A stretch of 54,594 nucleotides of DNA, counting the filler, from Sphacelaria rigidula (taxonomy: Eukaryota): the NCBI GenBank assembly GCA_964200075.2. It is 4 parts of 4 records of this genome, joined end to end, with 100 filler letters (N's around TTAATTAATTAA, not from the genome) between each part and the next. Parts side by side here need not be neighbours in the genome. Positions count along the whole stretch, not along the records: positions 13,676 to 27,249 come from CAXNAA020002793.1; 3 more parts are not named here. One strand, written 5' to 3'. The notes under the pieces were generated by a model. That model was not told the DNA's origin. It ran no database searches and saw only the letters and a list, made by a program, of their open reading frames with translations. The position numbers and the translations under genes are program-made. Numbering within the stretch: position 1 is the first letter of the stretch; every line of letters starts with the position of its first letter. This document shows positions 13,576 to 23,666 of this stretch, piece by piece.

Positions 13576-13675
13576 NNNNNNNNNNNNNNNNNNNNNNNNN
13601 NNNNNNNNNNNNNNNNNNNTTAATTAATTAANNNNNNNNNNNNNNNNNNNNNNNNNNNNNNNNNNNNNNNNNNNN
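13576..13675. other. Artificial contig spacer (N44-TTAATTAATTAA-N44)
   Basis: 100-nt N run with a central 12-mer that gives stops in all six frames. Confidence 0.97.
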
Positions 13676-13845
13676 GAAAACCGTTCCGGGATCGTGACCC
13701 CCGATTTTTTCGGCCCCGATGTGGCCCAAATCGGTGTCCATAAAATGCGTTCCCCGATTTTTTTTCCCCCGATTTTGAAAAAATCAAGATTCGTGCTTGC
13801 CATAAAAGTGGGTCTTACACGTCGAGAACATATCGGGCGTCGTTC

Positions 13846-13921
13846 GGGAGCATTTCGGAACTGCAACGACTCATTCACTAATTGACCGCTTTTCACTCTC
13901 AATCTCACGAAAACACTGTTG
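13846..13921 (-). mobile_element. Terminus of the same MITE/DNA-transposon family as 9460-9748; the rest runs toward the gap
   Basis: GCATTTCGGAACTGCAACGACTCATTCACTAATTGACCGCTTTTCACTCTCAATCTCACGAAAACA is a diverged reverse-complement match to ~9467-9535. Confidence 0.65.
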
Positions 13922-14854
13922 TAGGTAGTTCGCCCTTTCGTCACCTATGCAAGCTGTAAACTCGTCCGCATGGTTGTCAAGGTCTAAACGAGCACGTTTT
14001 CGCTTCTGCCCTAGTACTGCTGTAGCGACTACACTACAGGTTCAACTGTGACCACAAGGACAGTACTACCCGCTATTATGGATGTGGTTCGCGGGGAGCT
14101 ACTACTGTACAGTAATTTGTATGATCGTCTGGAAGACTTGTCAAAATAGTAACAAAAATACCTCACCACTCTCGACTGGTCTGGTGATTTGAGTGCCGGT
14201 TTCAACCCCTAGTCTCGAGCGACGCGCCTACCCTACATGACTGCCGTAAGGCGGTTTAGTTCAAGGGGAAAAAAAAAGACTCGACCACTTCGAGCGGAGA
14301 CGGTCTAATTGAAGGTCGGTGGTGTTGAGACCGATTGCAGTCAAAGCGGACCCAAGTCGCTGAAGGGCACGGACTTTGTGCTCACATATCACTCTCGTCG
14401 AAATGAGACGACGACTGACCCACACTTTTGTTCACGACTTTTACAGCAACAGAAAGTCCTCGTAAAATTTCAGCTCAAGGCACCAAGATTTGGTCTGCGC
14501 GTGCACCTTCCTGTGTGACACCGCCGAACCCCGATCTATGTGATACAGGAGATTCCAGTGAAGGTGGCGAATTTGAACCCCACCACACTGATCCTCCTTC
14601 TCGCAGAATTTGGTTCTGTCTCTTTGAGGTAATATATCATGCAGGATGTTTACCTTTCAGTGGCGGAGCGTGTATCACCAGGCTGGTCTGTTGTTCACAG
14701 CGATATACTCATATCGGACTGATTCGGGAAACTGTCAAGTTTTCGTGTGCCCGGGATATGCACGTTTGACGGTCGGCCCAGCTCGTAATTGTTTCGTGTT
14801 CGACAATTTCAGGCCTTGCGTCTTCAACTCCCGACGGTGTCGGCATCGAATGTT

Positions 14855-15074
14855 TTGCAATATGGTTCGTGTTTGGTCCCCACTTACTGCATGCCTCAGC
14901 CCTCACAAATGATACAAAATCAAATACATGCTCGGTCACCCTCAGCTACAATCCCACAATATCCCACATTGCAATATGGTTCGTGTTTGGTCCCTACTTA
15001 CTGCATGCCTCAGCCCTCACAAATGATACAAAATCAAATACATGCTCGGTCACCCTCAGCTACAATCCCACAAT
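14855..15074. repeat. Near-perfect 114 bp-period tandem duplication
   Basis: TTGCAATATGGTTCGTGTTTGGTCC...CTACAATCCCACAAT starts at 14855 and 14969; one mismatch seen. Confidence 0.95.
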
Positions 15075-15895
15075 CCCCTCCCAACACCCTCATGTGCTAC
15101 CCCCCCCCCCCCCTTAATAACATGTGCTGGATTACAATAATTCGGATCCTCCTCTTCACCTGAATATACAGCAGCCACCCGATAGTTTTCCTACACATGG
15201 CCAGAAAAGCGAATTCTTCACCTCGCATCCTAAATTTCTGCGTGTAACACACTGTGCACCACTCCAGCCGTGAAACTGGTCGAAGGAACCAGTATGGTCG
15301 CGTTTCCGATATATACTGCACAGTGTCTCTTTAATTGTGTGGGGTCATCGCAATTACAAGAAAAAAGGGCGAATGACGTAACACAAGGGAAAACGATATA
15401 TCACGACCCTTTCCCCCTGCTCTTGCGAAACAAACGGACGAGAAAAAACAAGAAAACAGTGACTCATGTGTCCCTCTCAACCCGCTGTTCATCACCCTCG
15501 AGATTATATATCAAGCCCTGGACCATACTCAGAACACAAAATATATCATCGTGGGCTGTACAGAGTGGACAATCTCGTCAGTGTGCGGTCCATCTTTGCC
15601 CGAACAGTCAAGGGCAACTTAGTCATGTTGACCATGATCCTCTCCAACCCCCAGCGTGCCTGATCTTCATCAAACATGCGGTGCAGTTGACCAACTAAAC
15701 TCATCTTGTCCGACACCAAACGCGGAATGTCAACGTTTTCCTGCAGAGCACCTCAGTAACATCTACAGTGAGGCAACATGAAACTCAGAGGGGATCACTA
15801 AAACCAGTCCCGGCCCTTTGCTCATATCATCAGAAAGGTTGTCCCTGATCACGAAAAAAACTTCACACCATTGCCTCTTCCTTCCCTTGCAGTCA

Positions 15896-16475
15896 CTACA
15901 CTGCCAAGTCCCCAAGCAACATGGCACTTCCACTACCAACCGCACCACGCCTCTTTGCCCCGCCACTGCATACTCCCCTCCCGCCGTTGCCCTTGCCAGC
16001 ACCCACGCCCACTGCACCCACGCCCACAGGGGAAACGGCAGCGGCAGCTTGACGCTCGAGTAAATCCCGCAACGCTTGCACCTCAGCCCGAAGCTTCTTG
16101 TTCCCGGCCGTCGACGTCACACTGTCCAACAGCATACCTGCAAGGCGCGGAGAGAACGGCCTGCCCGCCAATGCACGCAAGAGTCCGCATCGGCTCCGCG
16201 CGGCCGTTGCGGCGGCCGTCGCCCCAGCGATCAGCTCGCCGCAGTGAGCCTCCAACTCTACCACAACTAGATTGCAACCTTCCGTTTCAATGCTATCAGC
16301 AACCACGTTATTGCTGCCGTCGCCGCCGCTTGCCACCGTGGCCGTCAGGTTGAAGTTTTCGAGGGACTCACCCAACGCCCGCGCCAGCAGCATGCACGCG
16401 CGGGATTTGGCATGGCCGAGAGGAGAGGAGGGAGATGCGCCGTCTGCTTGTCGGGCCCAAGCCTTTGCCGCCCAC
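15896..16475 (-). CDS. FHA/Tudor/UBZ protein, exon 7 (last; helical region, stop TAG)
   Basis: Acceptor catgcag|G, phase 2, matches the exon 6 donor. Reads RWAAKAWARQ...RACMLLARALGESL...LGDLAV*. Confidence 0.75.
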
Positions 16476-16720
16476 CTGCATGATGGTGCATGTTTGCGAG
16501 TGTAGAATGTGTTGGAGGATATGGACGCGGCGGCGGGTCAGGGGTCAGTGGCCAACTACATATTTGGCTACACCATGCCAAATCTCGTACTATTATACGT
16601 GGTACATTCGTAACGCTTCCGATCAGTCATTTGCGTGATGTTAAGTCTCTGCAGTTGCTCCGTCAAAACATCGCCTCCAAGAGGAAAGAGCAGTGTCGAG
16701 GAAACTACCGCAAGACTCAC

Positions 16721-17161
16721 CGAGCACATTTCTTCACCGCCTCTCGGCCGTCCTTGCTGTTTCCTCCGGCCCCTAGAAACAGTGACGCGACCATCGACGA
16801 TAACCGCACCCCGCCGGCAACTTGCGGCAAAGTCCCCCCTGCTCCAGCCCCCGCAATGTAACTGCTAGCGCCGCTGCCGCCGGAGGCGGGGCTAGCGGCC
16901 AGCGAAGCCGGACTCTGCGCCTTCGCTTTAGACGCGGCGGCAACCTTGGTCACTGCACGCCGACGGTGCGCCTCGACATAATCCAGCGTAATGCTCACGG
17001 CCGCGGCGTGCGCGTTGATGGCCTCGACGTCTGTTGTCTCCGTTGTGAGGGTCTGCAGGGAGTCCTCGAACCTGCCCCAGTTAAAAGGCTGCCAGCAGTG
17101 CGGGTGGGCCTCCATTACGCCCCTGAGTAGCCGGCGGACACACTCTGTGCGGAACTTGCAC
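16721..17161 (-). CDS. FHA/Tudor/UBZ protein, exon 6 (helical, candidate Nse5-like region)
   Basis: Acceptor gtccag|G and donor CG|gtgagt, both phase 2. Reads CKFRTECVRRLLRGVMEAHPHCWQPFNWGRFEDSL... Confidence 0.8.
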
Positions 17162-17289
17162 CTGGACGTCGTATTGGCGAAGGGCGGAGCGGTGATTATT
17201 CACAGCATATGGCAAGAAAGTGCAAAATAAAACACAATTTTCAATCAACATACAAATAAAAAAAAGGCTCAAGAGTCTGAGGTGCATAC

Positions 17290-18137
17290 CTCGACTGTAG
17301 CAGCTCATGCATCGCGGCGTCGCACATGCCCGCACTGGGTTGCAGCTCTCTCGCTGACAGCCCTTCCATCGCCGCCACCACGCTGACCACATCTTCCCCG
17401 CCGATCGCGATCGCCAGATGGCTCGACAACGACTTCGCCATTGGCACACTCTTCATCTCTCTTCTCCTGCAACAATGCCGCCCTCCAGCAACGGCGATTC
17501 CGACGCTAGTGCCGCCATTATCCACATTCGTACCACCACCTTCACCCGTCGTCCCGACGCCAGCGGCGGCGGCGGCTGGCTCTTCCTCTTGCTCAGCCCC
17601 CCTGGCGCAAGTGGCGAGGTGGGCATTCACCATCTCTTCGCGCATGTCGGGGGTGAATTTGGTCGAGCAGATGGGACACGAGGGCAGATAATCCATCGCC
17701 GTCCTTGCTTTTTCCCGATTCTTCTGCGCGGGGGGTGATGGCTTTTTCACCGCAGCCGGGGCTGACATCACCGCGGCCGTTGCCGTTGCCGGCGACGGGG
17801 TGGAAGGTGCCCGGGTATGAGAGGGGGGCACGGGAGGTTGGACCGTTTGTACGTGGTCGCTCCTCTTCGTTGTGAGAGCTGATAATGCGGAGGTGGATCC
17901 AGAAGCGACCTGCGAAGCTTGGGACGTCACCGCCGCTGCTGTCGTTGCCGGCGATGGGTTCGAAGATGCTTGGGCCTGAGAGGGGCGGGTGGGAGGTTGG
18001 TCCGTTTGTCTGTGGTCGCTCCCCTTCGTTGTGGGAGCTGATAATGCGGAGGTAGATGCTGGAGCGACTTGCGAAGCTTGGGCCATTGCGCGTTGCCTTT
18101 GAGTTAATCTTGCCGCTCCTCGGGCGCTCGTGCGGGG
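17290..18137 (-). CDS. FHA/Tudor/UBZ protein, exon 5 (53-aa repeat x2, UBZ4-type C2HC finger)
   Basis: Acceptor cctcag|CCC and donor AG|gtatgc. Contains CPICSTKFTPDMREEMVNAHLATC. Confidence 0.85.
17790..18085 (-). repeat. Intragenic 159 bp (53 aa) direct repeat
   Basis: QASQVAPASTSALSAPTTKGSDHRQTDQPP versus QASQVASGSTSALSALTTKRSDHVQTVQPP, in frame. Confidence 0.9.
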
Positions 18138-18588
18138 CTGAGGCCAAGGGCAAGAGAGGGCAAAGGTCAGGAGGGGTGTCGACATGCGAGTACTGAGTCA
18201 CGAGTAAGAGCTCAAGTATTCACGGAGTGCACATCCGGGGGGAACGAACAACACAGCCGAGGCTGCTGCTCCCTCGTCTACTTCCAGGGACTTACTGCAA
18301 GTACGGTACATCAGCGCGGTCATGGGTATCGCCGCCTTCTCGACACTTTGACCGTGCAGTATCAACAACTTACTCCACTAGCATTCAGAAAACATTCGAC
18401 GTATCCTCCAGGGATTCAGAAAACAGAACACACGGTAGACGAACCCGATACAAATCAACACAGAATGAAAACTACAAACACTATGCTTTTTGTGCACGAA
18501 TTTCAATGCATAATACCGGGTGTGCGCGTGAACAGCAGAAAAAATACGGAAATTGCAACACCAACGCGCCGTTATCTTTTCCAAGTAC

Positions 18589-19143
18589 CTTCTTTGGGGT
18601 TGGGGACTTCTTCGCTCCGCGCTCTTCTTCTTGTTTCTCCTGTGCCTCTTTCCACATCTCCAGCCGCTGCCTGTCCCACGTCTTCAGCTTGGCCAACAAT
18701 GCTCTAACCCTTCGCCGCGCGCGGAACTTCCCTTTGCTCTCTCCTGTAGGGTCCTTCTGTTCCACGACAACCCACGATGGCCAGCGTGGATCCACGCCGT
18801 GCGTCTCACCACCATTGCCCGCATCAACCCCTGCGCCCTCGTACTCAACATCGATAATCTTCGTTTGCCACCACCCCCCGTAGCCTTGATGCAGCTCCTG
18901 GTAGGTAAGCCCCACCAGCTTCTTGGGGACCGTGTCCAGCAACGCTCGAGCACGAGGTTCCGTGAGGACGTTGACGTCGTGCTTACCCAAGACGATTTCC
19001 CCCGGTCCTTTAGCGCAGTAGTTGAGACTGTCCATGGCGCTGCTGCTCCGGCCCCCGCCCTTCTTGGCAGCCGAGAGTTCCGATGTGTTGCCTGGGCCAC
19101 CGCCGACCGCAGTACGGCGTTCGGAGCTGGAAGTACCGTGTGA
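18589..19143 (-). CDS. FHA/Tudor/UBZ protein, exon 4 (Tudor-like module)
   Basis: Acceptor aaaag|TCA and donor AAG|gtactt, phase 0/0. Contains LVGLTYQELHQGYGGWWQTKIIDVEY. Confidence 0.8.
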
Positions 19144-19900
19144 CTTTTTTGGTGGGAACGAAAAAGGCAACAACGATCGAAGGAAGACACGAATTATTTT
19201 TCTGGGAAAATACAGGGAAGCCTATCGACTGTAGCGGCTATGGTGTACGTACACCTCTTTCATGAAGGGAAATGATTCAACAGCGGAAGATTTTATGGTC
19301 GGACGGGGCAATGATGCCATGCCCAAGGCGACGGAATTGGGGCGCAGATCGCATCTGCCGAACGGAGGCGCTTTTAGTGTTTCGAAAATGAAAAGTTGTG
19401 TACACAATTTCGGGTATGAAATTGACCCAACTTCGACCACCTCTACTTCGGTTTTTGTCGAAGTCGGTCTATTTTTGCCCTCTTTGAGCTGGACAGTAAT
19501 GACAACATGACCAGATGGCTTTGGATGAGGCGCAGCTACCCTGCGTACATAAGTTAGCTGAAACGAACAACTCTTGCCCCATTTCCGCCTCGTTTCTCCA
19601 GGTTTGACATTTCTACGGAGCGGAACACGTTTATTGTCAGGCCGACTAATTTCTTCGGCCGTTCGGCCGCAGGGTGGAACTGTTGACTGTCGAAATAAAA
19701 TGAATCGGCTTCAGCTAAAAACACGCAAGAAAAAAAAATCGCAACACGATTAAAAGGGTCCATGGGAACAGTTCAGTCCTACTTCACGTGATGGAGGAAG
19801 TAACGATGAAGAAAGCATCAAAGAAGCGAAGCAAATCAAGCTGAAAATAGAAGACAGCACGAAACAACGCACGGAAAAGAACACAGACCAAGACAATCAC

Positions 19901-20424
19901 CTGTCCGACGACAGGCAGCAGCTCATCGTCCCCGCAAACCTCAGCGTCACCGGCAGCCAAGGTGACCTCTTCCGTCACCCCCCCGTCATAGCGCACGGTC
20001 ACCACCACCGACCCCCGTCCCACGCCACGACGTCTGCGGCCGCTTGTCCTATTATCCACCTTCACAACCGTGCCCATATACCAGTCGACCTTGTCGTACA
20101 GCACCCGCGCACGATCACCCGGTAGGGGTAGCCGCGGTAACTCGTCTGCTGCTTCTGTCGGTGTTGAATCCGCTGAAATCGTCGGCTGCGCAGCGCGGCC
20201 GACGCATGGAGAGCGGTCTTCAGAAGAGGAAGAACAGGGCGATGGGGACAACCAGCCGTTGATGGGGTCGGGCATGCGGACCGCACGCCGTCCCGGGGTG
20301 GTTGCGTTTCCTCTTGCACGTCGGATATTGGACGTGGAAGCGGCGGCGTCAGACACCGCGGGTTCGGGGTCTAGAACATACGGGGAAAGCACATCTGCGG
20401 GAACGCGTTGCGGCCGGTATGATC
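19901..20424 (-). CDS. FHA/Tudor/UBZ protein, exon 3 (Tudor domain)
   Basis: Acceptor ccacag|GA (phase 1) and donor CAG|gtgatt. Contains PGDRARVLYDKVDWYMGTVVKVD...VTVRYDGGVTEEV. Confidence 0.85.
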
Positions 20425-20790
20425 CTGTGGTGTGCCGACGCACAAGAGAAATGCAGGCACCCGTCACGTGAGGGAAAACATTTGGCGTATGCGTTCAGTA
20501 GAATGAGACACCATTTTGGCTGGAGAAGAAAAAAAAAGGGTATGAGATACAAAAGCGGGGCGGCATGGAGCGACGAGGCAGAGTCAAGTTGCACCGTACG
20601 TACGCCCAGGACATGAGTCTCACAAAGTCAAGTAGTCCGCACAGAAATGGCACTATCTTGGTATATCCAGAACATTATGAGACGGCCGCCGTGTCGATGA
20701 TCGACATCATTCCAGAAGGAATAATATTGAAAAAAAAACCACGTCCTACCGATTGCAAGCCGTCGGAAAATATTACACCGCCCATCTCAC

Positions 20791-22219
20791 CTACGCAGAG
20801 CTTGACGCTGTAAGTGCCATCGTCGTGAACAGACAACACGCGCGAAACACCCCCTGGTTTGTTGATGCCCTTCCCGACCCGCGCCCGCAGCACCACGACA
20901 TCACCCTCCTTCCACGAGTTACCGTCGGGCGCTGGGGCATCCTGTGGTGCACCTTCAGTCGTTCCTTTTTCTGAGACACCCTCTTTGTCGCCACGAGCGT
21001 GGGACATACTTTGTGGAGTAGCGGCACCAGCAACAGATGCGGCTGGCTCCGGCGTCTCCGAAACCGCTGAGGGTACAACGTTTTGCGCCGCGGCAGTCTT
21101 TACCTTCTTGTCAGACGAATTTGCGGTATCTCCACCCTCAGAGGATGCGGGTGCGCTAGGTGTGAGACGCACAGCAACACGTTTCGGTGGTGACATCGGA
21201 ACCACCTCGCTCGATTCAGCATCCGGGCGACGAGCGTCGGCACTTTCGAGACGGGGTCGCTTGCTCGGCGACCCTGACTCTTCCGTATCATCGTCCGCGC
21301 CGGCGCCTCCGCCGGAACCACAATCGCTTGGGTAGGCGGAAGGCGGATCAGCAGTGGCCGTAACTACCGCGGGTGGCACTGGCGGGCTGTGAGCTGTAGA
21401 CCGCACGCCGGGAGGACTCGTTTCGAGCTTTTTGGAAGCAGTCTCGGGACCTTCCTTAGCCGGAGTAGACGCACTCCCAGCAACAGTGCTGGACCCTGCT
21501 GCGCCTAATCCAGCCGGCGGTGCAAACAAGTCGGCGTTGACAACCGTCGGCGCGACCAGGGGTGAATGGCTTTTGCCACCTGCACTTCCACTGGGAGACA
21601 CACCAGGGATTACCCGCGTGACGATAGGACTCTGCGCGGAGGCAGGACAGGATGAAGGGATACGACCTAGACTTCTCGCAGCCCCCATTGCTGCACGTCC
21701 TCCTTCTCCTGGCGAGGCGACGGGGGAGCGCGTCGTGGAAGATACTTCCAGGCCTTGTGCATTCCCTACAGAAGCCGGCGAACGGTGCCCTTGTCGCGCC
21801 CCCGTGGGGCTTGCCCTGCCTTGGACAGCATTGCCAACAGCGGGGGTACCGTTGGACCTTCCACGCTCCCACCCGGGCGGCAGCGGGTGCAGGACGTAGC
21901 TGTACACCGAGTTTCCAGGTAACACCCAGCCATCAAATTCTAGAGAGTCGCCCGGATATAGGTAGGCCTGCTGTCTACTTTCTATGTTCACGATCGTTCC
22001 CCCTTTAATGGCTTTAGCAGTAGGGACCGGCAGCGTCGCTGCACCCTTCTTAGTGGCGCCGGCGCCGACGCCGCCCGGTACGATTCCAGTCGATGACGTT
22101 GTCAGTCCACGTGACCCAGGCCACCGCTGGATACGGACCTGGTTATTCTTCTGGTTGGTGACGAGGATGCACTCCGACAACGGGAACACCTGCAGTTTGA
22201 TCTGCTCCCGAGAGATGCT
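20791..22219 (-). CDS. FHA/Tudor/UBZ protein, exon 2 (FHA C-half, S/P-rich linker, Tudor-like N-half)
   Basis: Acceptor ccgcacag|AGC and donor G|gtgaga. Contains SISREQIKLQV...LYPGDSLEF and WKEGDVVVLRAR..G.NKPGGVSRVLSVHDDGTYSVK. Confidence 0.85.
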
Positions 22220-22805
22220 CTGTGCGGGGAGCGGGGAGCGGGGAGAGTGGAGCGGGGGGTAACGAAAGTGTGGGTGTTGAGTTTGCTGAGCGGACCCACA
22301 CCACGTCTGTGCACGAGGAATACGATGCTGTAACCGCCAGGTGAACATGAACATCAAAGCCATTTGCGTTACGCTGGGAGGAAACGGGGAAACGACGGTA
22401 GTTCCCGTTGACGTTCCGTACAACCGTGTTCACACCGACACTGCTTACGCATGTTCGGGGGTTTTTCCCAACGCTTTCGAGTCGGCAACGACATCCGGCT
22501 ACTGGGTTTCTTTAGCCTTGGAGATATTGGCTCCAGCACAACGCCTTCACGCGTCATTAGTCGAGTTAAGGTCACACATCAACTGAAGTATCAAACTGCA
22601 ACCCTGTGTATCGAGCACCACAACACGAAATAGTATAGACCGAACAAGGGAAGTGCTGAGGGCACGACCACAAATGTGTAGACGCCAGGTACATGAAATA
22701 AAGGGAGAGGCTAGATGCGTTCCAAGATGAAGAGAGGCGCACCGTACGACAGATGCGCCGGAAGGGGATCCACCCTCCACCACCGCCGTTCACACTACAA
22801 CTCAC

Positions 22806-23666
22806 CTCCAGGGTGCTCGGGATACCCACGCGAACCTTGATCATCTTGGTTTGTTTCTTGTCGCGCATGGAGTCCCTCCCGACCACAGCCTCCGACAGCG
22901 GCAGCCGGTAGCGCTTTTCCTTCTGACCCATGCGCACCAAAAAGTACTTGCTCATCTCAATTACTTCAACCTGCTGGCCAGCATCGCCCCCGGTTTTGGC
23001 CATCCCTGCCTCCACCGCCGACTGCTGCCCAAAATCGCGGGTGCCGGAGTTAGAAGAAATGCCGCTTCCGCTTGGAATGTAAATGGCACGGTTTTCCTTA
23101 CCGAAAGGAGCGCCGCTACCGCTTTTGGTGCCGACCACCACGACTCCGCCGCAGGAATCCTGAGTACAGTCGACGCTCAGCACTACAGGGGAGGAAGAAG
23201 CGGGGGGCAAGGAGGTGGAGAGGGTAGACGGAGAGGAGGACGGGGTCGGGGTGTTGGGCACCTTCTTGGTCTTGACCTCGGACGCGCTGTCCGTCGTCGG
23301 AGCAGAAGGGTTTTTTCGTTTCTTGTTCGACGACGACGACGACGACGACGGTGGCGGCGCAGAGTTTTTCTTGTTGTTTTTGATGTTGCTGCCACTGTTG
23401 CCGTTCCCTTTTGCTTTTGGCGTTAGCGGCGTGACTCCCGCTGCACGTCGAGGGGAGACGCGTCTCTTGGTACCAGTCTTGGTTGTGGTCGTGAGGCGGT
23501 CAGCGGTCGGGGTCGGAGTGTAGGGAGACGGAGTGCGGCCCACCGTGGTGGCCGTGCTCACCACAGCCCTGCCTCTGGTAGGGCCAGGGGTAGACGTCTT
23601 GAGATTGCTGGTGTCAGCAGAGGACTCGGGCGACGTCGAAAAAAAACTCCGGATATCTGCAGTCAC
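22806..23666 (-). CDS. FHA/Tudor/UBZ protein, exon 1 (start unresolved; PIP-like motif, FHA N-half)
   Basis: Open frame from ADIRSFF to YFLVRM...YRLPLSEAVVGRDS...GIPSTLE, donor GAG|gtgagt (phase 0, joining SISREQ). No in-frame ATG at the 5' end. Confidence 0.8.

Noticed and set aside
13620-13631. TTAATTAATTAA as a biological palindrome or piggyBac site
   Set aside because: It is centred in N runs three times identically, so it is an assembly linker.
22220-22805. ORF-track extensions of 20675..22423 and 22572..23666 as coding
   Set aside because: They lie within intron 1. Splicing 22806 to 22219 restores a contiguous FHA motif.
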